Of a DNA stretch of 64,000 nucleotides, positions 46,933 to 56,684 are shown piece after piece. The translations under genes were made by a program, and so were the position numbers. This DNA comes from Candidatus Gemmiger avistercoris (GTDB taxonomy: Bacteria > Bacillota > Clostridia > Oscillospirales > Ruminococcaceae). The first letter of the stretch is position 1. The number at the start of each line of letters is the position of its first letter. The DNA is taken from positions 93,304-157,303 of the forward strand of contig DXBF01000054.1 in assembly GCA_019116705.1 (NCBI GenBank), written 5' to 3'. A model generated the notes under the pieces. The model was not told the DNA's origin, did not search any database, and was given only the letters and a program-made list of their open reading frames with translations.

Positions 46933-47009
46933 GGTCCCGCTTGCCGTTCCCCGCAGTACCACTCCCCCGCCTTTTCCGCATACTATGCAGAAAAGGGAGG
47001 GAGCTTTTT

Positions 47010-47882
47010 ATGGCTGTGTTTCAAAATGGCATTGATGTTTCCCGCTACCAGGGCAACGTCAACTGGTCCCAGGTCGCCGCGTCAGGAAATGAATTTGCCA
47101 TCGTGCGCATCGGTTCCAGCAACAGCGGCGGCCTGTACGTAGACCCCTACTTTTTGCAAAATGTCAACGGAGCCCACGCCGCGGGGCTGCGCGTCGGGGC
47201 TTACTATCATACCTATGCCCGCACCCAGAAGGCCGTCGCCGATGAATTGTCCCTGTTCCTCAACGCCATGCAGGGCCTGCAGCTGGAGTACCCGGTCTTT
47301 GTGGATGTGGAGGATTCCAGCCTGACCAGCCTGGGCCGCGCCCAACTGACCAGCCTGGTGCGCTATGCCATGGACATTTTGTACCAGCGCAAATGGTATG
47401 GCGGATGGTACAGCTATACCAGCTATATCAACAATTACCTCAACGCCGCCGAACTCAACGACTACCCGCTCTGGGTGGCGGATTACCGCTCCACGCTGGG
47501 CTACAACGGCAGTTATGCCATGTGGCAGTATTCCGGCAGCGGCGCCGTGCGCGGCATTGGCGGCGCCTGTGACCTGAACTACAGCTACCGTGATTTTCTG
47601 CCTGTGATCCAGGCGGGCGGGTTCAACAATTACGGCCCGTCCGGCCCGCAGATGGAGAGCGTGACCGGCTACTCGCTGGTGGTGTTCAACGCGCGGACCG
47701 AGTATTTCTACGCCCCCGACTTGAACGACGTGGTGGGCTACCTGCCGTTGGGCCGTTACCCTGTGACCCAGCGCAGCACCCGGAAGTACAACGGCTACGA
47801 CTGGGTAGTCTTTTCCTACAACGGCACTTCGTACTGGACCGCCGTGCTGGGGGACCGCAACCGGGTGGAACCCACCGTATAG
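47010..47882 (+). CDS. GH25 lysozyme/muramidase with SH3-like C-terminal domain
   Basis: GIDVSRYQG, GAYY, DVED, WVADY, WQYS, DLN; GGGAGG RBS; no signal peptide. Confidence 0.9.
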   Translation: MAVFQNGIDVSRYQGNVNWSQVAASGNEFAIVRIGSSNSGGLYVDPYFLQNVNGAHAAGLRVGAYYHTYARTQKAVADELSLFLNAMQGLQLEYPVFVDVEDSSLTSLGRAQLTSLVRYAMDILYQRKWYGGWYSYTSYINNYLNAAELNDYPLWVADYRSTLGYNGSYAMWQYSGSGAVRGIGGACDLNYSYRDFLPVIQAGGFNNYGPSGPQMESVTGYSLVVFNARTEYFYAPDLNDVVGYLPLGRYPVTQRSTRKYNGYDWVVFSYNGTSYWTAVLGDRNRVEPTV

Positions 47883-48037
47883 CTGCCCGGCGCGCCGGGT
47901 CCTCCCCGCTTGCGCAACAACCATAAGTTGTGTTATAATGGATGTATCCGATTGACAAGGGCTTTTCATTTATGGTTTAATAAATTTGTATGCGCAAAAA
48001 CCGATGCGCACGATGTTACCGCAGGGGGAACCAGTGC

Positions 48038-50017
48038 ATGGCAAAAAAGCAACAGGAATACGGCAACGACAGCATCCGCCAGTTGAAGGGCGCCGACCGC
48101 GTCCGCAAACGCCCGGCCGTCATTTTCGGTTCGGACGGCGTGGAAGGCTGCGCCCATTCCATTTTTGAGATCATTTCCAATTCCATCGACGAAGCCCGCG
48201 ACGGGTACGGCGACCGCATCAACGTGACGCTGTTCCCCGGCGAAGTGATCGAAGTCGAGGACTTCGGCCGCGGCATCCCGGTGGACTACAACAAGGCGGA
48301 ACAGCGCTGGAACTGGGACCTGGTGTTCTGTGAGCTGTACGCCGGCGGCAAATACGCCGAAGGCGGCGGCAACTACGATTTCAGCCTGGGCCTGAACGGC
48401 CTGGGCCTGTGCGCCACCCAGTATGCCAGCGAGTGGATGACCGCCGACATCTACCGGGACGGCTTCCACTATCACCTGGACTTCAAAAAAGGCGAAAACG
48501 TGGGCGGCTTGCAGAAGGAAGCCTACAAGGGCCGCCGCACCGGCTCCGTCATCCGCTGGAAGCCGGACGCCGAGGTCTTTACCGATATTGCGGTCCCGGC
48601 CGAGACCTTCCGGGACATGCTGCGCCGCCAGGCGGTGGTCAACGACGGCGTGACGCTGGTCTTTACCGACAAGTCCGGCAACGAGCCCCAGACCTATGAA
48701 TACCTGTATGAGCACGGCATCGCCGACTACACCAACGAACTGGTGGGCGACAAGGCCCTGACCCCGGTGCACTTCTGCGCCGGTTCGGCCACCGGCCGGG
48801 ACCGGGCCGACCAGCCGGATTACCAGGTGAAGATGAACGTGGCCTTCGCCTTCTCCAACACGGTGCAGGCGCTGGAATACTACCACAACTCCAGCTGGCT
48901 GGAGCACGGTGGCAGCCCCGACCGGGCGGTGCGCACGGCCTTCGTCAACCAGATCAATGCCTGGCTCAAAAACAAGGGCCTGTACAAAAAGAACGAGAGT
49001 TCCATCACCTTCTCCGACGTGCAGGACTGCCTGGTGCTGGTGTCCTCCAGCTTCTCCACCCGGACCAGCTATGAGAACCAGACCAAAAAGGCCATCACCA
49101 ACAAGTTTGTGGCCCAGGCCATGACGGAGTTTTTGAAACATCAGCTGGAAGTCTACTTCGTCGAGCACCCCGACGAAGCCGAAAAAGCCTGCAAACAGGT
49201 GCTTATCAACAAGCAGAGCCGGGAACACGCCGAGAAAGCGCGCATCACCATCAAAAAGACGATGACGCAGCAGATGGACCTGGCCAACCGTGTGCAGAAG
49301 TTCGTGGACTGCCGCAGCAAGGACCCCGGCCGCCGGGAACTGTATATCGTGGAGGGCGATTCCGCCATGGGCGCGGTCAAACAGAGCCGCGACTCGGAGT
49401 TCCAGGCCATCATGCCCATCCGCGGCAAGATCCTCAACTGCCTGAAAGCGGACTATGCCCGCATCTTCAAATCCGACATCATCACCGACCTGATCCGCGT
49501 GATGGGCTGCGGTGTGGAACTGGGCGGCAGCCACAACAAGGATCTGGCCAGCTTCAATCTGGAAAATCTGCGCTTCAACAAAGTGGTCATCTGTACCGAC
49601 GCCGACGTGGACGGCTACCAGATCCGCACCCTGGTGCTGACCATGCTCTACCGCCTGACCCCCACGCTGATCAACCAGGGGTATGTGTATATCGCGGAAA
49701 GCCCGCTGTACGAGATCAACACCAAAAACAAGACCTACTTTGCCTACACCGAGCCGGAGAAAGCCGACATCCTGCGGCGCATCGAGGGCGAGAAATATAC
49801 GATCCAGCGGTCCAAAGGTCTGGGCGAGAACGACCCGGAAATGATGTGGCTGACCACCATGAGCCCCGAGAGCCGCCGCCTGATCAAAGTGCTGCCCGCC
49901 GACGCCGAACGCACCGCCCGGGTCTTTGACCTGCTGCTGGGCGACAACCTGCAGGGCCGCAAGGAGCACATTGCCGAACACGGCGCCGAATATCTGGACG
50001 ATCTGGATGTAAGCTGA
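48038..50017 (+). CDS. Type IIA topoisomerase B subunit (divergent, ParE-like)
   Basis: EIISNSIDE, DFGRGIP, EGDSA, PIRGKILN, DADVDG, KGLGE. Confidence 0.92.
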   Translation: MAKKQQEYGNDSIRQLKGADRVRKRPAVIFGSDGVEGCAHSIFEIISNSIDEARDGYGDRINVTLFPGEVIEVEDFGRGIPVDYNKAEQRWNWDLVFCELYAGGKYAEGGGNYDFSLGLNGLGLCATQYASEWMTADIYRDGFHYHLDFKKGENVGGLQKEAYKGRRTGSVIRWKPDAEVFTDIAVPAETFRDMLRRQAVVNDGVTLVFTDKSGNEPQTYEYLYEHGIADYTNELVGDKALTPVHFCAGSATGRDRADQPDYQVKMNVAFAFSNTVQALEYYHNSSWLEHGGSPDRAVRTAFVNQINAWLKNKGLYKKNESSITFSDVQDCLVLVSSSFSTRTSYENQTKKAITNKFVAQAMTEFLKHQLEVYFVEHPDEAEKACKQVLINKQSREHAEKARITIKKTMTQQMDLANRVQKFVDCRSKDPGRRELYIVEGDSAMGAVKQSRDSEFQAIMPIRGKILNCLKADYARIFKSDIITDLIRVMGCGVELGGSHNKDLASFNLENLRFNKVVICTDADVDGYQIRTLVLTMLYRLTPTLINQGYVYIAESPLYEINTKNKTYFAYTEPEKADILRRIEGEKYTIQRSKGLGENDPEMMWLTTMSPESRRLIKVLPADAERTARVFDLLLGDNLQGRKEHIAEHGAEYLDDLDVS

Positions 50018-50030
50018 CACGAGGAAAACT

Positions 50031-52274
50031 ATGGCGAAAAAACGAGAAAAGAAAACAGCGCCGGCGCGCCCCCAGCTGGGCGATAATGTGGAGATCCTCT
50101 CCGCCGGTGAGATCATCGAGTCCCCCATCACCGAGACCCTCGAAACCAACTATATGCCCTACGCGATGAGCGTCATCGTATCCCGCGCCCTGCCGGAGAT
50201 CGACGGGTTCAAACCGGCGCACCGCAAGCTGCTGTACACGATGTATACCATGGGCCTGCTGAAAGGCGTGCGCACCAAAAGTGCCAACATCGTGGGCAGC
50301 ACGATGCACCTGAACCCCCACGGCGATGCGGCCATCTACGACACGATGGTGCGCATGGGCCGTTCCAACGAGAGCCTGCTGGTTCCCTTTGTGGATTCCA
50401 AGGGCAACTTCGGCAAGGCGTACAGCCGCGACATGGCCTACGCCGCCGCCCGTTACACCGAGGCCAAACTGGAGCCGGTGTGTGAGGAACTGTTCCGCGA
50501 CATTGACAAGGACACCGTGGATTTTGTGCCCAACTACGACGGCACCACCACCGAACCCACGCTGCTGCCGGTGACCTTCCCCACGATCCTGGCCAACAAC
50601 ACGCTGGGCATCGCCGTGGGCATGGCGTCCAACATCTGTTCTTTCAACCTGACGGAGCTCTGCAGCGCCACCATCGCGCTGATGAAAGACCCTGACGCCG
50701 AACTGAAAGAGATTTTGCCCGCCCCCGATTTTGTAGGCGGCGGCACCATCCTGTACGACGCCGCTGAGATGGAGAACGTGCTGGAACACGGCCGCGGCAG
50801 CGTGCGGGTGCGCGCCCGGTGGAGCTACGACAAAGCCAACAACTGCATCGACGTGACCCATATTCCCCCCACCACCACGGTGGAGGCCATCATGGACAAG
50901 ATCACCGAGTTGGTCAAGCTGGGCAAGATCCGCGAGATCAGCGACATGCGCGACGAAACCGACCTGAACGGCCTGAAACTGACCATCGACCTCAAGCGCG
51001 GCCAGGACCCGGACAAGCTGATGGCGCGGCTGTTCAAGTCCACCCCGCTGGAGGACAACTTCGCCTGCAACTTCAACGTGCTGATCGCCGGGCAGCCCAA
51101 AGTGCTGGGCGTGCGGGAGATCCTGCTGGAGTGGATCGCGTTCCGCGCGGAGTGCGTGCGCCGCCGCACCTACTACGATTTGCAGGGCAAGCAGAAACGC
51201 CTGCATCTGCTCAAGGGCCTGAAAGCCATCCTGCTGGACATCGACAAGGCCATCGAGATCGTGCGCAACACCGCCGAGGAGGCGGAGGTCGTCCCCAATC
51301 TGATGATCGGGTTCGGCATCGACGAGGTACAGGCCGAGTATGTGGCCGAGATCAAGCTGCGCCACCTGAACCGGGAGTACATCCTCAAGCGCACCGCCGA
51401 GATCGAGGAACTGGAGGAGGCCATCGAGGACCTGCAGGACATCCTCAAGCGTCCGGCGCGCATCAACCGCATCATCATGGCGGAACTGACCGAGGTGAGC
51501 AAAAAGTACGGCAAGCCCCGCCGCTGCGAGATCCTGTATGACATTCCCGAGGAGAGCGCCGACGAACCCGAGCAGCAGATCCCCGACTACCCGGTGCACC
51601 TGTTCTTCACCCGGGACGGCTACTTCAAGAAGATCACGCCCCAGAGCCTGCGCATGAGCGGCGAACAGAAGCTGAAGGACGGCGACGAGGTGCTGTTCAC
51701 CTGCGAGAGCACCAACAGCGTGGAACTGCTGTTCTTCACCAACCACCATCAGGTGTACAAATCCCATGCCTACGACTTTGGCGACAGCAAGGCCAGCGTG
51801 CTGGGCGACTATGTAGCCTCGGCCCTGGGCATGGAGGAAGGCGAAGTGCCGCTGTATATGGTGGTCACGCCCGATTACCGCGGCTGGATGCTGTTCTTCT
51901 TCCAGAACGGCAAATGCGCCAAGGTGCCGCTGAGCAGCTATGAGACCAAGCAGAACCGCCGCAAACTGCTGAAAGCCTACAGCAACAAGGAAGAACTGGC
52001 CTGTATGCGCTATCTGCCCGAGGAAACGGAACTGGCCATCTTTACCACCAACAACCGCCTGCTGCTGGCGGGCAGCGCGCTGATCCCCGAAAAGGCCACC
52101 CGCGATTCCGCCGGTGTCAATGTGATCGCCCTGAAAAAGAACGCCCGCATCGCGCGGGTGACCCTCTCGGAAGGGCTGGAGTTGAGCGACGCCCACCGTT
52201 ACCGTGTGCGCACCCTGCCTGCCGCCGGTGCCATCCTGCGCGCCGACGATGCCGCCGAGCAGCTGACGCTGTGA
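50031..52274 (+). CDS. Type IIA topoisomerase A subunit (divergent, ParC-like)
   Basis: DGFKPAHR, PHGD, AAARYTE catalytic Tyr, short pinwheel CTD, no GyrA-box. Confidence 0.92.
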   Translation: MAKKREKKTAPARPQLGDNVEILSAGEIIESPITETLETNYMPYAMSVIVSRALPEIDGFKPAHRKLLYTMYTMGLLKGVRTKSANIVGSTMHLNPHGDAAIYDTMVRMGRSNESLLVPFVDSKGNFGKAYSRDMAYAAARYTEAKLEPVCEELFRDIDKDTVDFVPNYDGTTTEPTLLPVTFPTILANNTLGIAVGMASNICSFNLTELCSATIALMKDPDAELKEILPAPDFVGGGTILYDAAEMENVLEHGRGSVRVRARWSYDKANNCIDVTHIPPTTTVEAIMDKITELVKLGKIREISDMRDETDLNGLKLTIDLKRGQDPDKLMARLFKSTPLEDNFACNFNVLIAGQPKVLGVREILLEWIAFRAECVRRRTYYDLQGKQKRLHLLKGLKAILLDIDKAIEIVRNTAEEAEVVPNLMIGFGIDEVQAEYVAEIKLRHLNREYILKRTAEIEELEEAIEDLQDILKRPARINRIIMAELTEVSKKYGKPRRCEILYDIPEESADEPEQQIPDYPVHLFFTRDGYFKKITPQSLRMSGEQKLKDGDEVLFTCESTNSVELLFFTNHHQVYKSHAYDFGDSKASVLGDYVASALGMEEGEVPLYMVVTPDYRGWMLFFFQNGKCAKVPLSSYETKQNRRKLLKAYSNKEELACMRYLPEETELAIFTTNNRLLLAGSALIPEKATRDSAGVNVIALKKNARIARVTLSEGLELSDAHRYRVRTLPAAGAILRADDAAEQLTL

Positions 52275-52300
52275 TTTCTTCCGCCTTCTGCACAGAACAG

Positions 52301-52345
52301 GAAAACGGACGTACTTTTTGATGGAAAGTACGTCCGTTTTCTGTT
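52301..52345. terminator. Bidirectional terminator
   Basis: 17-bp stem GAAAACGGACGTACTTT/AAAGTACGTCCGTTTTC. Confidence 0.8.
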
Positions 52346-52352
52346 TGTCAGA

Positions 52353-53096
52353 TCAAAGCCCGGCGTCGTCCTTTTGGGCCGAGACCAGCAGCATCATCGG
52401 GCGGCGCATCTCGTCCCGCATACCGGGCAGATCCATCATGGACGCCGGCGGCTGCGGCTCCACCACCTGCCGCAGAACAAAGCCGTTGTTGAGCAGCGTG
52501 TTCAGATAGGTGGTCAGGGTGCGGTGGTATTTGACCACCGGCTCCCCCAGGAACACGGCGGCCCGCTGCCCCTCGTAGAAATAGCGGTCCACCGGGAAGT
52601 GGAGGATGCTGCCGTCGGCGTCGTAGTACCAGTCCTGGGAGCCGTAGGCCGTAAACACCGGGTGTTCGGCCAAAAACACCAGCCACCCGTCCGGCCGCAG
52701 CCAGCGGCGGATCTTCTGGATCAGCGCTTCATACTCCTTCACATAGTGGAAGGCCAGCGAACTGAGCACCACGTCAAAACTTTCCGGCGCAAAGTCCAGG
52801 TCCTCCATGGCGGCCTGACGGTAGGTCACCCGCGGGTGGGCGTTGCGCGTCCGGGCCACGGCCAGCATCTTTTGGGAAAGGTCCGTTCCCAGTACCGACA
52901 CCGCGCCGTGCTCGGCGGCATATCGGCAGTGCCAGCCGTAGCCGCAGCCCAGGTCCAGCACGTCCCGCCCCGCAAAGGGCGGCAGCATCTTTTCCAGCGC
53001 GGGCCATTCCCCCGCCCCCTGCAGCCCCTTTCGGGAACGGTCCATCTGGCTGTACTTTTCAAAAAAGCGTTCTTCGTCGTATTTGTTTTCTTTCAT
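52353..53096 (-). CDS. Class I SAM-dependent methyltransferase
   Basis: VLDLGCGYG, FDVVLSSLAFHY, EHPVFTA. Confidence 0.92.
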   Translation of the reverse strand: MKENKYDEERFFEKYSQMDRSRKGLQGAGEWPALEKMLPPFAGRDVLDLGCGYGWHCRYAAEHGAVSVLGTDLSQKMLAVARTRNAHPRVTYRQAAMEDLDFAPESFDVVLSSLAFHYVKEYEALIQKIRRWLRPDGWLVFLAEHPVFTAYGSQDWYYDADGSILHFPVDRYFYEGQRAAVFLGEPVVKYHRTLTTYLNTLLNNGFVLRQVVEPQPPASMMDLPGMRDEMRRPMMLLVSAQKDDAGL

Positions 53097-53241
53097 AACA
53101 GGCCTCTCTCCCCTACAGAACGGTCTTGCGTGTTCCGGCGGTTTGCAGGGGCGCGAACGCGCCCTGCCGGACCGGCAAAAAAATCCCCTGCGGTCCCGGT
53201 CAGAGGCGCCGGGGCCGCAGGGAACGGCAGGATCCGAAAAA

Positions 53242-54924
53242 TCAGGCCAGCAGCGGCTTGCAGGCGGCGGCCAGTTTCTCTTTCCGCGCCTGGGCTTCCG
53301 CCAGGTCCTTGCCCTTGGTGGTGAAGTAGGTCTTGATCTTGGGCTCCGTGCCGGAGGGGCGCACCACCACGGTGGAGCCGCTCTCCAGCGTATAGATCAG
53401 GACGTTGGCGGCGGGCAGGCCCGTCTCTTCCGGGTTCTGGTAGTCTACCACTTTGACGACCTTGTCGCCGGCGAAGTCTTTGGGCGGGTCGGTGCGCAGG
53501 TTCGCCATGATCCCGGCCATTTTGTCCATGCCGGACAGGCCCGGGAACTCGAAGCTGTCCACCTTGTTCAGATACCGGCCGTACTCGCTGTAAATGCGCT
53601 CCAGTTCTTCCTTGATGGAACTGCCTTTGGCGCGGTAGTAGGCGGCCATCTCGCAGATCAGCATGGAACCGATGATGGCGTCCTTGTCGCGGACATAGGG
53701 ACCGGCCAGATAGCCGTAGCTTTCTTCAAAGCCGAAGATGAAGCGGTCCACTTCCCCGTCGGCTTCCAGCTTGGCGATCTGGTCGCCGATCCATTTGAAG
53801 CCGGTGAGCACGTTGCGGCACTCGACCCCATAGTGTTCGGCCACCTTATCCGCCAGCGGGGTGGAAACGATGGACTTGCACATGACGGGATTCTTCGGCA
53901 TGGTGCCCTGCTCGATGCGGCCCGCGCAGATGTAATCCAGCAGCAGCACGCCCACCTCGTTGCCGGAGAGCAGTTCATAGCTGCCGTCCTTGCACTTGAC
54001 GGCGATGCCCACACGGTCGGCGTCGGGGTCGGTGGCCAGCATCAGGTCGGCGCCGGATTTTTCGGCCAGTTCCAGGCCCAGGCGCAGCGCCTCGAAAATC
54101 TCGGGGTTCGGGTAGGGGCAGGTGGGGAAGTTTCCGTCGGGGTCCTTCTGTTCGGGGACAATGGTGATGTCGGTAATGCCGATATCGTGCAGCACATGGG
54201 TGACCGGCACCAGGCCGCTGCCGTTCAGCGGGCTGTACACCAGCTTGAGCCCCGCGGTCTTGCAGATGCCGGGACGGATGGAGCGGGCCTCGATGGCTTC
54301 ATACAGTGCATTGATGCAGTCATCCCCCACATATTCGATCAGGCCCTTCTCCATACCCTCGGCAAAGGGCATGGTCCTGGCGCCGGTGAGGATATCGGTC
54401 TTCTGGATCTCGGCATAGACGACGTCGGCAGCTTCGTCGGTCATCTGGCAGCCGTCGGGGCCGTAGGCTTTGTAGCCGTTGTACTTGGCCGGGTTATGGC
54501 TGGCGGTGACCATGATGCCCGCATTGCACTTATAGTAACGGGTGGCAAAGGAAAGCGCGGGCACCGGCATCAGCGCCCGGTAGATGCGGACATGGATCCC
54601 ATTGGCCGCCAGGACCTGAGCCGCCGTTTTGGCGAACAGGTCGCTCTTGATGCGGCTGTCGTAGCTGATGGCGACGGTCTGGCTGCCGCCCTGGGTCTTG
54701 ACCCAGTTGGCCAGCCCCTGGGTGGCCTGCCGCACCACATAAATATTCATACGATTGGTGCCCGCGCCAATGACGCCGCGCAGACCGGCCGTGCCGAATT
54801 TGAGCGCCACCGCAAAACGGTCCTGAATGGCGGCGTCATCCCCCCGGATGCTTTCCAGTTCGGGCTTGAGGTCAGGGTCATCCAGGCCGGCAGACAGCCA
54901 ACGTTCATACATGTCCTGATACAT
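53242..54924 (-). CDS. pgm: Phosphoglucomutase/phosphomannomutase family
   Basis: FGTAGLRG, TASHNP, DPDADR, FEESYG, RPSGTEPK. Confidence 0.93.
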   Translation of the reverse strand: MYQDMYERWLSAGLDDPDLKPELESIRGDDAAIQDRFAVALKFGTAGLRGVIGAGTNRMNIYVVRQATQGLANWVKTQGGSQTVAISYDSRIKSDLFAKTAAQVLAANGIHVRIYRALMPVPALSFATRYYKCNAGIMVTASHNPAKYNGYKAYGPDGCQMTDEAADVVYAEIQKTDILTGARTMPFAEGMEKGLIEYVGDDCINALYEAIEARSIRPGICKTAGLKLVYSPLNGSGLVPVTHVLHDIGITDITIVPEQKDPDGNFPTCPYPNPEIFEALRLGLELAEKSGADLMLATDPDADRVGIAVKCKDGSYELLSGNEVGVLLLDYICAGRIEQGTMPKNPVMCKSIVSTPLADKVAEHYGVECRNVLTGFKWIGDQIAKLEADGEVDRFIFGFEESYGYLAGPYVRDKDAIIGSMLICEMAAYYRAKGSSIKEELERIYSEYGRYLNKVDSFEFPGLSGMDKMAGIMANLRTDPPKDFAGDKVVKVVDYQNPEETGLPAANVLIYTLESGSTVVVRPSGTEPKIKTYFTTKGKDLAEAQARKEKLAAACKPLLA

Positions 54925-55110
54925 AAAGAATGCACCTGCTCTTTCTGTAGTTATAAGGCTTGCAAGTATATACTAAATATACCAACTTGCCCGGGTCCTG
55001 TCAATCAAATTTTGGTCAGAATTGCCTGTTTTTCCGGCGAACCGCTTGTGAAACTGCCGCACGCGCGGTATACTGGTTGCAGAAAGACGGACAAAATGGG
55101 AGGATGGGAC

Positions 55111-56640
55111 ATGTTTGCAAAGGTGACGAGCCTGGGCGTCACGGGGCTGGCCGGGTATCTGGTACAGGTGGAGGCGGATCTTTCCGGCGGGCTGCCGCAG
55201 TTCAACCTGGTGGGGCTGCCGGATTCCGCCGTGAAAGAGAGCAGCGAGCGGGTGCGCAGCGCGGTGAAAAACCTGCATTACCAGTGGCCGGCCAGCCGCA
55301 TCACCATCAACCTGGCCCCTGCCGACGTACGCAAGACCGGCCCGGTGTATGACCTGCCCGTATTCATCGGCATCCTGGCCGCCCAGGGCAAGCTGCCCGT
55401 CCCCGGCCCTGAGCGCGCCTTTTTGGGGGAACTGGGGCTGGACGGCACGCTGCGCCCTGTGACCGGCGTGCTTCCCATGGCGCTGGCCGCCGTGCAGCAG
55501 GGCGTGAAGGAACTGTTCCTGCCTGCGGAAAACGCCGCCGAAGCCGCCGTGGCGGCGGGGCTGACCGTCTACCCCGCCCGCAGCGCCCAGGACGTGGTGC
55601 TGCATCTGTGCGGCGCGGAAGCGCTGACGCCCGCCCAGCCCGATGGGTATGACGAAAGCGGCGTCTGGCTGGGGCCCGACATGGCCGATGTGCGCGGCCA
55701 GAGCGAGGCGCGCCGCGCGCTGGAGATCGCCGCCGCAGGCGGGCACAATCTGCTGCTGGTGGGGCCGCCGGGCACCGGCAAGAGCATGCTGGCCAAGCGG
55801 CTGCCCGGTATCCTGCCGCCGCTGACCTACGAAGAAGCGCTGGAGACCAGCGCCATCTACTCGGTTGCCGGGCTGCTGCGCGGCGGCGAGGGGCTGGTCA
55901 GGGCGCGGCCTTTCCGCAGCCCGCACCACAGTGTCAGCGCCACCGCCATCGTGGGCGGCGGTACGCTCCCCCGCCCCGGCGAGGTGAGCCTTGCCCACAA
56001 CGGCGTGCTGTTTCTGGATGAACTGCCGGAATTTTCCCGCGATACGCTGGAGGTGCTGCGCCAGCCGCTGGAGGACGGCACCGTTACCGTGAGCCGCGTA
56101 CACGGGACAGCCTCCTACCCCTGCAAATTCATGCTGGTAGCGGCCATGAACCCCTGCAAATGCGGTTACCTGGGGCACCCCACCCGGGAATGCACCTGCA
56201 CCCCCAGCGCCATCGCCCAGTACCGGCGGCGGATCTCCGGCCCGCTGCTGGACCGCATCGACCTGCATGTGGAAGCCCTGCCCATCGAATACAAGGACCT
56301 GGCCGCAGCCCAGGGCGGCGAATCCAGCGCGGCTGTGCGGGGACGGGTCATCGCCGCGCGCACACTGCAGCGCGAGCGCTACCGCGCGCTGCCCGGGGTG
56401 CGGTGCAACGCCCAGCTGCCGGGCAGCGCGCTGCGGAAGTTCTGCCCCCTGACCCCGGCGGCAGAACGCATCCTGCGCGGGGCCTTTGAACGGCTGGGTT
56501 ACAGCGCCCGCGCCTACGACCGCATCCTGCGCGTGGCGCGCACAGCCGCCGACCTGGACGGCAGCGAAATGCTGGACGCAGCCCACCTTTCGGAAGCTTT
56601 GCAGTACCGCAGCCTGGACCGAAAGTTTTCCCTTGCCTGA
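55111..56640 (+). CDS. comM: YifB/ComM Mg-chelatase-like AAA+ helicase
   Basis: VGLPDSAVKES, GPPGTGKS, FRSPHH, LFLDELPEF, MNPCKCG; GGGAGG RBS before ATG at 55111. Confidence 0.93.
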   Translation: MFAKVTSLGVTGLAGYLVQVEADLSGGLPQFNLVGLPDSAVKESSERVRSAVKNLHYQWPASRITINLAPADVRKTGPVYDLPVFIGILAAQGKLPVPGPERAFLGELGLDGTLRPVTGVLPMALAAVQQGVKELFLPAENAAEAAVAAGLTVYPARSAQDVVLHLCGAEALTPAQPDGYDESGVWLGPDMADVRGQSEARRALEIAAAGGHNLLLVGPPGTGKSMLAKRLPGILPPLTYEEALETSAIYSVAGLLRGGEGLVRARPFRSPHHSVSATAIVGGGTLPRPGEVSLAHNGVLFLDELPEFSRDTLEVLRQPLEDGTVTVSRVHGTASYPCKFMLVAAMNPCKCGYLGHPTRECTCTPSAIAQYRRRISGPLLDRIDLHVEALPIEYKDLAAAQGGESSAAVRGRVIAARTLQRERYRALPGVRCNAQLPGSALRKFCPLTPAAERILRGAFERLGYSARAYDRILRVARTAADLDGSEMLDAAHLSEALQYRSLDRKFSLA

Positions 56641-56646
56641 CAGAGC

Positions 56647-56684
56647 AACGCGCCCTCCGAAGAACGGAGGGCGCGTTTATTTTT
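56647..56684. terminator. Terminator between convergent comM and GT4
   Basis: AACGCGCCCTCCG/CGGAGGGCGCGTT plus T-tract. Confidence 0.75.

Noticed and set aside
53083-55110. Apparent 676-aa N-terminal extension or fusion on ComM
   Set aside because: It is the antisense frame of pgm running through the intergenic region; the real start is ATG 55111 with a GGGAGG RBS
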